A DNA stretch of 64,000 bases from the NCBI GenBank assembly GCA_002723415.1, contig PBOA01000033.1:4752-68751 (forward strand), written 5' to 3'. Source of the DNA: Chloroflexota bacterium (GTDB taxonomy: Bacteria > Chloroflexota > Dehalococcoidia > Lucifugimonadales > GCA-002723415). The translations under genes and the position numbers were made by a program. Under the pieces are notes generated by a model, which saw only the letters and a program-made list of their open reading frames with translations, was not told the origin of the DNA and did no database searches. Every line of letters begins with the position of its first letter. Position 1 is the first letter of the stretch. Positions 49,574-59,696 of the stretch are shown piece after piece.

Positions 49574-50329
49574 ATGTCTGATATACCTAATGTAAATAAA
49601 GATAAAGTAGTAATCTTAGTAAAAGCTGGAAGATTACAAAGTTGGGATTTTGTAGATTCAAAAAAACAAGAATCTTATATAAATGAGCACATAGAATTAA
49701 TTAAAGAAGTTGGCTATAAATATGGAATTCAACGATTAGAAGCCTTTAAACTTATAAACTACCAACAACCCTGGCACAGATTTTGGATAATTGAATTTCC
49801 TACTCTAGAAGGCGCAGAAGCTTGGATAGAAGCAGAAATGGCGCCCCCATATGGTAGCCATGGCTATTGGGAATACTATCTAGCTAGACCTTGGGGCCCA
49901 AATTATTTTTCCACATGGCCAAACAAAAAATATAACCCTATTAATAAACCAATAATTAATACAAACAAAAACACCATTCCTGCCTTGGAAGTTAATGAAA
50001 ACAACATTGTAGTAATTATGTTTGGTAGAACTCTTCCTGGTTCTGATATTTTAGATATAAAATCTAGAGGAGACCAAGAACATGTAGACCTAATGCAGAA
50101 AGTTGCAAAAGATCATGGATTAATTCGGCTAGAAGGTTTTAGATTGATTGCACCTCAAGATAGCTGGCATAGAGCTTGGATTATTGAATTTCCTGATTTA
50201 GAGGGAGCAGAAGCTTGGATAAAAGCTGAAGTCGAACCTACTTATGGCTCTCATAACTCAAAAATTTATCATATAGCAAGAAATTATTTTTTAACAGATA
50301 TATCTAGATTTAAGCCTGAACCCAATTAA
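49574..50329 (+). CDS. Hypothetical protein with two tandem ferredoxin-like (dimeric alpha/beta barrel) repeats
   Basis: EH..L...V....G..RLE.F.LI..Q..WHR.WIIEFP.LEGAEAWI.AE..P.YGSH occurs twice. Confidence 0.8.
   Translation: MSDIPNVNKDKVVILVKAGRLQSWDFVDSKKQESYINEHIELIKEVGYKYGIQRLEAFKLINYQQPWHRFWIIEFPTLEGAEAWIEAEMAPPYGSHGYWEYYLARPWGPNYFSTWPNKKYNPINKPIINTNKNTIPALEVNENNIVVIMFGRTLPGSDILDIKSRGDQEHVDLMQKVAKDHGLIRLEGFRLIAPQDSWHRAWIIEFPDLEGAEAWIKAEVEPTYGSHNSKIYHIARNYFLTDISRFKPEPN
49784..50226 (+). repeat. Degenerate intragenic direct repeat (49784-49833 vs 50177-50226)
   Basis: 43 of 50 nt identical by manual alignment. Confidence 0.85.
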
Positions 50330-50340
50330 TTCATAGGAAC

Positions 50341-50907
50341 TTAATCTACTGACTGAAGTATTTCACGTATTTTAATACTAGAATCTTTAGTACTTTTATT
50401 TTTTGCTGGTGGGATATAATCACTATGATTAACTTTTAAACAGATAAAAATAGGGCCTTCCTTTTGCATAATATTTGGTAATTCAATAGAAAAACTTTCT
50501 AGATCATCAAATGAATAACTCTCAACGATACCTGAACTACGTGCTATCCCTGCAAAATCAATTTTTCCTGCTCCAGGAATAGGTTGGCCTCCGGTAGTAA
50601 AATAAACCCCATCTTCAAAAACAAAATGAATCAAGTTTTTTGGTGCCTGATCAGCAATAGTTACGACTGAGCCTAAACTTGTTAACAAACCACCATCACC
50701 ATCTAAAACAATAACCTTGTTTTTTTTCCTAGCTAAAGCAATTCCTAATGCTACAGATGAAGCTTTACCCATTGCGCCATAAATTGGTAAATCTAAATCT
50801 TCAGAGTCCGATACATCTTGCCAATATCTAGTTGGAGTCATTGTACTTACAACAATAGCATCTTCACGTTCTCTTGATATTATTTTTATTGCTTCATGTG
50901 CATTCAT
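50341..50907 (-). CDS. ThDP-binding subunit, sulfopyruvate/phosphonopyruvate decarboxylase beta-like
   Basis: GAMG.ASS.ALG.ALA, V.VLDGDG.LL, Y..TGGQ. Confidence 0.85.
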   Translation of the reverse strand: MNAHEAIKIISREREDAIVVSTMTPTRYWQDVSDSEDLDLPIYGAMGKASSVALGIALARKKNKVIVLDGDGGLLTSLGSVVTIADQAPKNLIHFVFEDGVYFTTGGQPIPGAGKIDFAGIARSSGIVESYSFDDLESFSIELPNIMQKEGPIFICLKVNHSDYIPPAKNKSTKDSSIKIREILQSVD

Positions 50908-50938
50908 ATTCCCACCTACTCTTTAATAATATATTTTC

Positions 50939-51532
50939 TTATGACTTATAAACCATATATTCTGGCAACCTATCAATTAAATTTAATGCTAACAAAGTAC
51001 GTTGCACAGTAAAGTCTATAACTTCATCAATTGTTTTAAATTTCAAGTAAAACGGAGGTTCAACAGGAATTATCTTAATACCTAGTTTTGATAATTTAGT
51101 CATATTTTCTAAATGAATAGTATTCAATGGGCTCTCTCTTGGAATTATTACAAGAGGTCGATCTTCCTTTATAGAAACATCTGCAGCTCTTTTTACTAAA
51201 TCTCCTGTTATACCTTGCGATATACTAGCCACAGTATTCATACTACAAGGAACTATTGCCATCCCAAGAGTTTTAAATGAACCACTTGCTATTGGGGCAC
51301 TCATATCATTACCTGAAAAATATTTGAACCCTTCATATTCACTCCATTTTTCCAAAACTTCCCCAAAGGATTCATCCATCTCTTGCTTCCACACTAACCT
51401 AGCAGAAGATGACATAGTAACAATAACTTTATAATTATTTTCTAATAAATATTGAACTGTTTTATAACCTATAGATGATCCACTCGCTCCTGTAATTCCA
51501 ATTACAACAGGATCTTCAAATTTAAAAACCAT
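50939..51532 (-). CDS. ubiX: Flavin prenyltransferase
   Basis: GITGASG, A.IASGS, PCSM.T, RAADV..KE.R.L...PRESP. Confidence 0.95.
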   Translation of the reverse strand: MVFKFEDPVVIGITGASGSSIGYKTVQYLLENNYKVIVTMSSSARLVWKQEMDESFGEVLEKWSEYEGFKYFSGNDMSAPIASGSFKTLGMAIVPCSMNTVASISQGITGDLVKRAADVSIKEDRPLVIIPRESPLNTIHLENMTKLSKLGIKIIPVEPPFYLKFKTIDEVIDFTVQRTLLALNLIDRLPEYMVYKS

Positions 51533-51562
51533 TATAAATACTCCAAAATCTCACTATATATC

Positions 51563-52429
51563 CTATAACAAAATATCTATAACTGTACAACTAAATATTG
51601 TAATTGAAAAAAAAGAATTAAACTTAAAAAACCCTATTTTTAAATTTTTCATATCATTTATAAATATAATATAATGCTTATAAAATAATATGAAAAACCC
51701 TAATACACATCCAATAAAATAAACTAGAGATAATTCTGAGTAAATACCTAAAATAATAAATGATATTATTGAACTAATATCTAATATTCTACAAATTATT
51801 AAAGATTTATCAATTCCAAAACGTTTGGCAACAGAATACAACCCATATTTTGCGTGGAATTCAATATCTCTAACATGATAAATGATATCAAAACTAGAAG
51901 CCCAACAGAATATAGACATTGACAAAAATAATGGTTCAAGGTCTAAACTGCCAGTAACAGCAATCCAAGAAGCTGATGGAGCTATTGATAATGCTCCTCC
52001 TAACAAAAAACTTGAAATCCAAGTATATCTTTTTGAATATGAATACAAAAAGATATACAAAGCAGCAAATGGAGCTAATATTAAAGTTAATTTATTTATT
52101 TGAGAAGATATAAATAAAAAAATTAATAACGAGAATATAATTATAAAAATCATATTGTTTGAAGACAATTTACCTTGAGGCAAATGTCTATTTTGTTTAC
52201 TAGGTATTAATTTGTCAATATCTTTATCAATTAAACGATTAGATGACATACCAAAAGTTCTAGCACAAATCATTGCTAACGTAATCAAAAGAAACGTATT
52301 TAAATCAGGCAAATCTTTAACAGCTATAATCATGCCCATATAAGCAAATGGTAATGCAAATATGGATTCTTGAATTTTTATCGCCTGCAACAAATATAAT
52401 ATTTTTGTAAAGTCAAAAATTTTCAACAT
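51563..52429 (-). CDS. mqnP: UbiA-family polyprenyltransferase (MqnP-like)
   Basis: FALPFAY, ART..M..NR..D..ID, R.LP.G, YSYSKR, FDIIY...D. Confidence 0.8.
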   Translation of the reverse strand: MLKIFDFTKILYLLQAIKIQESIFALPFAYMGMIIAVKDLPDLNTFLLITLAMICARTFGMSSNRLIDKDIDKLIPSKQNRHLPQGKLSSNNMIFIIIFSLLIFLFISSQINKLTLILAPFAALYIFLYSYSKRYTWISSFLLGGALSIAPSASWIAVTGSLDLEPLFLSMSIFCWASSFDIIYHVRDIEFHAKYGLYSVAKRFGIDKSLIICRILDISSIISFIILGIYSELSLVYFIGCVLGFFILFYKHYIIFINDMKNLKIGFFKFNSFFSITIFSCTVIDILL

Positions 52430-53883
52430 TATATCTTATAATCATTCCATTTTTTTGTAACAAGATTTTTAATATCCTCTTGCATAACAATCTCATCTGG
52501 CCATTCTTTAGTCCTACCATCTTTTTTACCTTTTGTTGTTGCATCCAAGCCAATTTTACTTCCATATTTAGGAGTAGTCGTAGCATGATCTAAATCATCT
52601 GCAGGCCCTTCTACAATTACCAAATCAGTTGCAGGATTAATATTTGTAGCAACTCTCCATGCTACTTCAGACATGTCATGAATATTTGCATAGCTATCAA
52701 GAACTATTATAGTTTTAGTTAACATTAATAGTCCCAGACCCCATAATGCGTACATCACTTTTCTAGCATGTCCAGGATAAGCTTTTTTAATAGAAACAAT
52801 TAATATATTATGAAATGCTCCTTCTGCAGGCATATTTATGTCTACAATTTCAGGTAGTGTCATTTGTAAAGCAGGAAATAATACCTTTGTTGAAGCAGAT
52901 CCCATATAATAATCCTCACTAGGGGGTCTGCCAACAACAGTTGTTAAATAAATTGGATTTTTCCTATGAGTAATAGCTGTCAAATGGAATACAGGATACT
53001 GATCTTTAGGCGAATAATACCCTGTGTGATCTCCAAAAGGACCTTCATCTCTAAGTTCTCCAGGAATAACATAACCTTCTAATATATATTCAGAATAAGC
53101 AGGGACTTCTAAGTCTACAGTCTTACATTTAACCATGTTAACAGACTTCCCACGAAGTATGCCAGAAACAACTATTTCATCCATGTTTGGTGGTATAGGT
53201 AAAGATCCAGACCAAACAGTTGTCGGATCAGCCCCGATAGATATAGCTACTTCAATTTTATTTAGGTTATTTTTTTCAGCTTCACGATAATGCTGAGAAC
53301 CTACTTTATGAGTTTGCCAATGCATACCTGCAGTTGAATGATCATAAATTTGCATCCTGTATGTACCAACATTTCTACGTCCAGTTACAACATCTTTAGT
53401 AATTACTAATGGTAAAGTAATATATTTGCCAGCATCTAATGGCCAGCATTTCAGAGCTGGTAATATGTTAAAACTAGCCTCAGAACCTAAACATACTACA
53501 TCCTGACATGGGGCTTTACTTATTAAATTCGGTTTAGTTCTAGCAACACCAAATAAATTTTTCAGAAGATTTATTTTATTCATAAAACCTTCTGGAGGGC
53601 CTTCAACAAGGTTTAACAAACCTCTAATTTTATCGGAAATTTCATCTATATTATTAACCCCTAATGCCCAAGCCATTCTCTGGTGAGTTCCAAAAATATT
53701 AATTAGTATAGGCTCATCATAACCTTCTACATTTTCAAATAGCAATGCTGGTCCTTGGTCTTTAACTACTCTGTCTACAATTTCAGTTATCTCTAATTCT
53801 GGCGAGACTCTTTCTGTGATTCGACGTAAATCACCTTTATGATCAAGAAAATCAATAAACTGCCTTATATCATCAAATCTCAT
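52429..53883 (-). CDS. ubiD: UbiD-family menaquinone biosynthesis decarboxylase (MqnL-like)
   Basis: GPALLFENV, CWP.D.G, RNVG.YR.Q, MHWQ.HK, EGPFGDHTGYY, G.PP.ED. Confidence 0.92.
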   Translation of the reverse strand: MRFDDIRQFIDFLDHKGDLRRITERVSPELEITEIVDRVVKDQGPALLFENVEGYDEPILINIFGTHQRMAWALGVNNIDEISDKIRGLLNLVEGPPEGFMNKINLLKNLFGVARTKPNLISKAPCQDVVCLGSEASFNILPALKCWPLDAGKYITLPLVITKDVVTGRRNVGTYRMQIYDHSTAGMHWQTHKVGSQHYREAEKNNLNKIEVAISIGADPTTVWSGSLPIPPNMDEIVVSGILRGKSVNMVKCKTVDLEVPAYSEYILEGYVIPGELRDEGPFGDHTGYYSPKDQYPVFHLTAITHRKNPIYLTTVVGRPPSEDYYMGSASTKVLFPALQMTLPEIVDINMPAEGAFHNILIVSIKKAYPGHARKVMYALWGLGLLMLTKTIIVLDSYANIHDMSEVAWRVATNINPATDLVIVEGPADDLDHATTTPKYGSKIGLDATTKGKKDGRTKEWPDEIVMQEDIKNLVTKKWNDYKI

Positions 53884-53924
53884 TTTAATTAACCTTGCTT
53901 AATAACTTAATAAATATATATATA

Positions 53925-55058
53925 CTATTTTAAATTATTTTTTCTAATTTCTGAAGAAGCAATATCTTCACGAAATTGAGTTTCATTTATTGGGAAAAAA
54001 ATATGCTTGTAATAATTGTCAATTTTTATATCCTCTAAAGTAATAAATTGACCTTTGTGAATACGACCTGCAACATAAAATTTGCAACCATTATTATCAA
54101 TTTCCATAATTGACCTATGCATTAGATCTTCGTCATTCTGATAATATTTTTTATCAAATAATCTAATAGCGGTATCTATACCAATTACAAAATTAGTTCC
54201 TTTAAATATCTTAGATTTCATATCAAATTTACTAGAATTAGTTATTAAAACAGGATATTTATTTTTAAATTGCTTAACTCTTAAATTAAGTTCTTTTTCT
54301 AACAAATCATGTTTATCTACATTACTAAGCGATATCTCAAAAAAAACATCCGTACCAAACAAAGTTTTTGAAAATTTATAAAGCTCTATATGCCCTTTAT
54401 GCAAAGGATTAAATGCCCCTGATATAATCGCCTTAGGTTTTAAAAAATTATTAACAGTTTTATTATTTACATCTATTAATATACTTTTTATATGATTATT
54501 ATTTAAAGATTCATGGACGCTAAGATATTCTTTATTATATATATTGATATCTTTAGAATCCAAATCTTTACTATTATTATTAAAATCATTTATTGCTTGA
54601 ACAACATAATAACTAATTAGATTTTCATATTGGGCCCTAGTTAAAAATTGGTTTGGAAAATTAATGTCATATATAATTAAACCCATAGAATGACATATAG
54701 CAATATAAGCCTTTATTTCACCTTTTTTTTTGTAATAAGTAGGCAAAGCAGCAGTTACACTAACTCCCAAAATATTATTATTACTTCTATTTATTTTAAG
54801 TAATGAAGCACGCTCATATGCTTTTAAAGCCATTAATTCGGCAGTTTTTGAAGAAACATATTTTTCAGGCTTCACACCCAGATATTCATTTAATGAATTA
54901 CTAGAATAAGGAATAATTATTTCTATTACTGTCTTAGAAGCCCCAGGCACGGATAATAATTTTTCAACTGCTTTACTTCCAGACCCAGAAATAGCCAAAA
55001 CAATTTCCATATCAGCCTCATGCAGATTTTTAATAATATTTTTTATTTCTTTATGCAT
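53925..55058 (-). CDS. CinA/PncC-like domain fused to a HIGH-family (NadD-like) nucleotidyltransferase
   Basis: N-terminal PGAS......PYS, VS..TA..MA; C-terminal GAFNPLHKGH, FEIS..NVDK, FVIG.DT, DIASSEIR. Confidence 0.78.
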   Translation of the reverse strand: MHKEIKNIIKNLHEADMEIVLAISGSGSKAVEKLLSVPGASKTVIEIIIPYSSNSLNEYLGVKPEKYVSSKTAELMALKAYERASLLKINRSNNNILGVSVTAALPTYYKKKGEIKAYIAICHSMGLIIYDINFPNQFLTRAQYENLISYYVVQAINDFNNNSKDLDSKDINIYNKEYLSVHESLNNNHIKSILIDVNNKTVNNFLKPKAIISGAFNPLHKGHIELYKFSKTLFGTDVFFEISLSNVDKHDLLEKELNLRVKQFKNKYPVLITNSSKFDMKSKIFKGTNFVIGIDTAIRLFDKKYYQNDEDLMHRSIMEIDNNGCKFYVAGRIHKGQFITLEDIKIDNYYKHIFFPINETQFREDIASSEIRKNNLK

Positions 55059-55066
55059 GAATTAAT

Positions 55067-55984
55067 TTATTTTTTGAAGCTCTTTACTACTTCTAAAACC
55101 CCTTTATTTAATGAGCGTTGAGGACTCCATTTTAATATTTTATTTGCTTTTTCAATATTGAGACATACCCTTCTAGCTTCTCCTTTTCTAATATTAGCAA
55201 AATTCGGTTCTATATTAACTCCAACATGATCACGAACGCTAGAAAATATTTCAAAATCTGAAGTTTCTTTTCCAGAACCCAAATTAAATGTTTGATTATT
55301 CCCTATATCTTCCAAAACATTCAAATTTGCCTGAACTATATCTTCAATATATATATAGTCTCTAGTCTTATTCCCATCTCCAAATATGATTGGTTGAACA
55401 CCTTTCAACATTTGTCCGGTAAAAATTGATACTACTCCGGCTTCACCAAGCGGATTTTGACGAGGCCCAAACACATTGCCATATCTGAAAATCGTATGTT
55501 TAAGGTCACTAGTTTTTGAAAAATGCCTAATGTAATTCTCTGCAGTCAATTTGCTTAACCCATATATAGATTTAGGATCTACAGGGTGATCTTCATCCAT
55601 AGGTAAATAACATGGTTCAGAATATACTGCGCAAGTAGAAGCAAATATGATTTTACTTATATTATAATATAGACATAAATTTAAAATATTTAAAGTCCCT
55701 ACAACATTTATCGAAGCATCATTTAAAGGATTTTCTTCAGATATCCGTACGCTAGTTTGTGCAGCATGATGACTTATTAAATCTGGCTTTTCAATTTCAA
55801 AAATCGTCTTAAGTTGATCTAAGTCTAGTATATTTATTTTATAAAAATTAGCTAATTTATTTACATTAACCATATCTCCACTAGACAGATCATCAACAAT
55901 ACTAACTTTATGGCCACAGCTAATTAATGCATCAACTAAATGTGAAGCAATAAACCCTGCACCACCTGTAATTAATATTTTCAT
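55067..55984 (-). CDS. NAD-dependent epimerase/dehydratase (UDP-glucose 4-epimerase-like)
   Basis: TGGAGFI, H.AAQ, YGLSK, RYGNV.GPRQ, GDG..TRDY. Confidence 0.92.
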   Translation of the reverse strand: MKILITGGAGFIASHLVDALISCGHKVSIVDDLSSGDMVNVNKLANFYKINILDLDQLKTIFEIEKPDLISHHAAQTSVRISEENPLNDASINVVGTLNILNLCLYYNISKIIFASTCAVYSEPCYLPMDEDHPVDPKSIYGLSKLTAENYIRHFSKTSDLKHTIFRYGNVFGPRQNPLGEAGVVSIFTGQMLKGVQPIIFGDGNKTRDYIYIEDIVQANLNVLEDIGNNQTFNLGSGKETSDFEIFSSVRDHVGVNIEPNFANIRKGEARRVCLNIEKANKILKWSPQRSLNKGVLEVVKSFKK

Positions 55985-56001
55985 GATAACTCCATTTTCA
56001 A

Positions 56002-56541
56002 TTATACAAGGTTAATTAATTTTTTTAATAAAATAGACTTAATAGATAACATAATTAACATACTGACCAAAATAAATAAAACTGCAAACCAACTCCACTC
56101 ATCTTGTAAACATATACCTAATATAGTACCTGCAGCTGGAGGATGCTCAGTATCTGTAATTACCATAATAAAAAATGAAAGAACTACCAGAATAGATATC
56201 CATATATCTCTAAATAAAGTATTCTCTTTATATAATTCATTAAATCCTGTTAATGTAAGTAGTAATATAAAAATACCCCCCATAATTATTGCAACTAAAT
56301 GCCCTCCAACAACTCTACGTATGGATGAAGATATACTTCTTGGGATTATAAATATTGTAAAAGCAGATGAGGCAATAGCTATCACAATTGGAGCTCTCAA
56401 AACTATATCCCCTAATAACAATAATAAAATAAAAATAGGTATACAAATTCCAATCTGAAAAATGTACCTTCTAGGGTTTGTCAAGAATTTATCATCAAAA
56501 AGTTTAATATTAATTTTAAATTTATCCAAATATATACCCAT
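56002..56541 (-). CDS. HPP family membrane protein
   Basis: ASSAF..F..P, GGH, TEHPPAAG, TM helices. Confidence 0.88.
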   Translation of the reverse strand: MGIYLDKFKINIKLFDDKFLTNPRRYIFQIGICIPIFILLLLLGDIVLRAPIVIAIASSAFTIFIIPRSISSSIRRVVGGHLVAIIMGGIFILLLTLTGFNELYKENTLFRDIWISILVVLSFFIMVITDTEHPPAAGTILGICLQDEWSWFAVLFILVSMLIMLSIKSILLKKLINLV

Positions 56542-56639
56542 TATTAGAGTTCAATAATTATTATTTTGCTATATTATATATAAATAATACACATATCTAT
56601 AGTTTTCAAACCTTTTCTAAAAAAATTACTGAGTAAATA

Positions 56640-58079
56640 ATGAATGCCAATTGGGAACCAAAACCAGGTGATAAAGTAATTCGTCACCCTAGAGAAGAAC
56701 AAATCAAGCCAGTAAGCTTGAAACTATCTTCACGTAAAGTAACTTCTAGGGTATTTGCATCTCCACTTTTATTAATCTATTTATTTTCTATACTAATATT
56801 TTCAGGTACTCTATTATTAATGCTACCCATTTCTAATACACAATCAGAATTTACTTCTTTCATTGATGCATTATATACAGCAACATCAGCAGTGACAGTT
56901 ACAGGGCTAATTGTATATGATACTGGTCAATACTGGTCCATATTTGGACAAGCAATAATACTTTTTATGATTTTTACTGGTGGATTAGGGTTTATGAGTT
57001 TAGCAACCTTTTTATTAGTTCTAGTAGGTCAAAAAGTCACTCTTTCTCAAAAATTATTAGTTCGCGAAAGTATTACCTCCGACAACTCTTTACAAATAGG
57101 AGGATTGGTTCAAATTACTATTAGAATAGTGATACTCGCAGTATTTATACAATTCATTGGATTCTTATTTTTATTTTTAAAATATGCTTTTAACTATTCT
57201 ATTCAAGAAGCCACATGGCTTGCAATTTTTCATTCAGTTTCAGGTTTTAATAATGCTGGTTTTATAATATTTTCAGAAACTGACATAAATTCACATGTAA
57301 AAAATGACGCCTATTTTACTTGGGTCATTAACATTCTGAGTATATTAGGTTCTATAGGATTTTGGGTAATAGTAGATTTAATAAAAACCAGACGATTTCG
57401 TCCTCTACAGCTCACAACAAAAATAGTAATAATTTCTACATTCATTATTATATTCTTAAGTAGTGCCTTCTTTTTTACATCTGAGTTTAATAATAAAAAA
57501 ACCATTGGAAATATGAATGTTATTAATAAAATACATCACTCTCTATTTGAGTCAATTAGTGGAAGAACTGCAGGTTTTTCTACTATCGACTTTAATGAAA
57601 CGAATCCTGCTACTAAATTTTTTTTCAGTGGAGTTATGTTAATAGGTGGCGCTTCAGGTTCAACAGCTAGTGGGTTAAAAATCAATACTGTAGCCATAAT
57701 ATTCATTGCAGTCTTTTGCACCTTAAGAGGACAAAACAGAATCACCTCGTTTAAACGTGAAATTCCTATCGAGTTAGTTAAAAAGGCAATTGTTATTTGT
57801 GTGCCAAGTATACTCATTCTTTTTTCACTAATGATAACTTTAATCTTTTTTGACCCAAATTATCTGTTTATTAACACTTTTTTTGAAATCCACTCAGCTT
57901 TTGCAAATGTTGGTTTAACAACTGGAATTAGTGGAAATATATCTACATTTGGAGATATAATTATAATAATATCTATGTTTTTAGGACGTATCGTACCTTT
58001 AGCTATAGCATTTCTTATTACAACTCAAAATGAATATGAAACATTTAGATACCCTAATGAAAAAATAACAATAGGATAA
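56640..58079 (+). CDS. ktrB: Trk/Ktr K+ uptake membrane subunit
   Basis: Four pore loops TVTGL, NNAGF, RTAGF, NVGL; GG..GST; M..GR. Confidence 0.9.
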   Translation: MNANWEPKPGDKVIRHPREEQIKPVSLKLSSRKVTSRVFASPLLLIYLFSILIFSGTLLLMLPISNTQSEFTSFIDALYTATSAVTVTGLIVYDTGQYWSIFGQAIILFMIFTGGLGFMSLATFLLVLVGQKVTLSQKLLVRESITSDNSLQIGGLVQITIRIVILAVFIQFIGFLFLFLKYAFNYSIQEATWLAIFHSVSGFNNAGFIIFSETDINSHVKNDAYFTWVINILSILGSIGFWVIVDLIKTRRFRPLQLTTKIVIISTFIIIFLSSAFFFTSEFNNKKTIGNMNVINKIHHSLFESISGRTAGFSTIDFNETNPATKFFFSGVMLIGGASGSTASGLKINTVAIIFIAVFCTLRGQNRITSFKREIPIELVKKAIVICVPSILILFSLMITLIFFDPNYLFINTFFEIHSAFANVGLTTGISGNISTFGDIIIIISMFLGRIVPLAIAFLITTQNEYETFRYPNEKITIG

Positions 58080-58107
58080 CAATTAAAAAACTATTAAAGG
58101 TGACAAA

Positions 58108-58773
58108 ATGAAAAAACAAGTATTAGTAATAGGACTTGGAAGATTTGGATCTAGTGTAGTTAGATCACTTTACAATACTGGCAATGATGTATTGGCAATT
58201 GACATAGAAGGATCTAGAGTAGCTGAAATAATGAATCAAGCCACACATGCTCTTACTGCTGATGCAACAAATGAAACAGTCTTAAAAGACTTAGGAGTAC
58301 AAGATTATGATGCAGCTATAGTTGCAATTGGTTCAAATATTGTGCCGAGTATTATGGCATCAGTTTTATTAAAAACAATGGGAGTACCTTATATAGTTGC
58401 TAGAGCATCTAATGAATTACATGGTAATACTCTTGAAAGAATTGGAGTTGATAAAATAATTCATGCTGAAAATGAAATGGGAGTTAGACTGGGACATAAT
58501 TTATTTAATCCTAATGTACAAGAATATTTGGAAGTAACCCCAAGTTATGGTATTAGTAAAATGAAAATACCTAATAACTTCATAGATAAAAGCTTGAAAG
58601 AATTAGGTTTTTCAAATCCTAGAGATAAATATGGGCTTGCAGTTCTAGCTATAAGAAGAAGTGATACAGACATAACATTAAATCCTGATATTAATGACCG
58701 ATTAAGAGCTGGAGACTGGTTGATTTTTGCCGGGAAAGATGAATTAATAGACCAAATAGAAATAGCTGATTGA
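58108..58773 (+). CDS. ktrA: Ktr/Trk regulatory RCK subunit
   Basis: VIGLGRFG, D.AIVAIG, L..IG.D....E..MG.R, plus RCK_C domain. Confidence 0.92.
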   Translation: MKKQVLVIGLGRFGSSVVRSLYNTGNDVLAIDIEGSRVAEIMNQATHALTADATNETVLKDLGVQDYDAAIVAIGSNIVPSIMASVLLKTMGVPYIVARASNELHGNTLERIGVDKIIHAENEMGVRLGHNLFNPNVQEYLEVTPSYGISKMKIPNNFIDKSLKELGFSNPRDKYGLAVLAIRRSDTDITLNPDINDRLRAGDWLIFAGKDELIDQIEIAD

Positions 58774-58813
58774 TAAAATAAAATTATACAAAAATTAAGG
58801 TTATGGTGCTGAA

Positions 58814-59242
58814 ATTTCTCCTTTATTAATTTATGTTCAAGGTAATGAATTTGACAAAGAGTTATTAGAAATAGCTTTTAATATTTTGAATCCAAATGAG
58901 GATATAATTCATTTAATATATGTTATTGAAATGGATCGAAGCCTTCCCATTGATTCTGAGATACCGCCACTTACAGCTAAAGGTGAAAGTACTTTAAAAA
59001 ACCTAGAATTCCTTGCTAAAAGGTTGAAATTTAATATTGAAGGACATTTAGTCCAATCTAGAGATATTGGCTCAGCAATAGTTCAAGAATCATTCGAAAA
59101 AAATATTAATACTATACTGATTGAATTACAAGCAAATCAAATAAATCAATATTATCCTGTAAATAAAACAGCAGAATATTTGTTGAAAAATTCAAAATGC
59201 CAGGTAATACTAGTAAAACCAAAATTATTAAACAATAATTAA
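58814..59242 (+). CDS. Universal stress protein (start uncertain; open frame begins at 58799)
   Basis: Frame reads ISPLLIYVQGNEFDKELLEIA...LIYVIE..RSLP.D...QSR..G.AIV...TAEYLLKN..C.V. Confidence 0.75.
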   Translation: MSPLLIYVQGNEFDKELLEIAFNILNPNEDIIHLIYVIEMDRSLPIDSEIPPLTAKGESTLKNLEFLAKRLKFNIEGHLVQSRDIGSAIVQESFEKNINTILIELQANQINQYYPVNKTAEYLLKNSKCQVILVKPKLLNNN

Positions 59243-59261
59243 GTCTGGATTAAATTAATAT

Positions 59262-59696
59262 ATGTCTCAAATCAACATGATGGCTAAAATATCAATAATA
59301 GGATGTGGAAATTCTGGAGGGTTAATTGCTGTTAGTTTTGCAAATATTGGATATCAAATAGATATAATTGATATTAATTATAAGAAATTTAAAACCCTGC
59401 CTGAAAATTTAATTTCCGAAGGATATTTAAATCCAATTGTTGCAGATGCTACAAAAATAGAAAACCTCAAAAAAGTAATGGATCCAGAATCTAATATTTG
59501 TATAATATTATCAGGAAATGATTCTAATAATGCGTTAATTTCTCAGATCGTTAAAAATGAATTAAACATTCCAAAAGTAATATGTGAATTGAATGAAGAA
59601 ATAACCAGTGAGCTATATTTAAGTTTAGGATTTATAGTAATAAATAAAAATGATTTATTTAAAAAAAATATATTAGATTTATTTGAGAGAGATTAA
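59262..59696 (+). CDS. Stand-alone TrkA-N (RCK_N) domain protein
   Basis: IIGCG..G, DAT, D..N......K; no RCK_C domain. Confidence 0.8.
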   Translation: MSQINMMAKISIIGCGNSGGLIAVSFANIGYQIDIIDINYKKFKTLPENLISEGYLNPIVADATKIENLKKVMDPESNICIILSGNDSNNALISQIVKNELNIPKVICELNEEITSELYLSLGFIVINKNDLFKKNILDLFERD

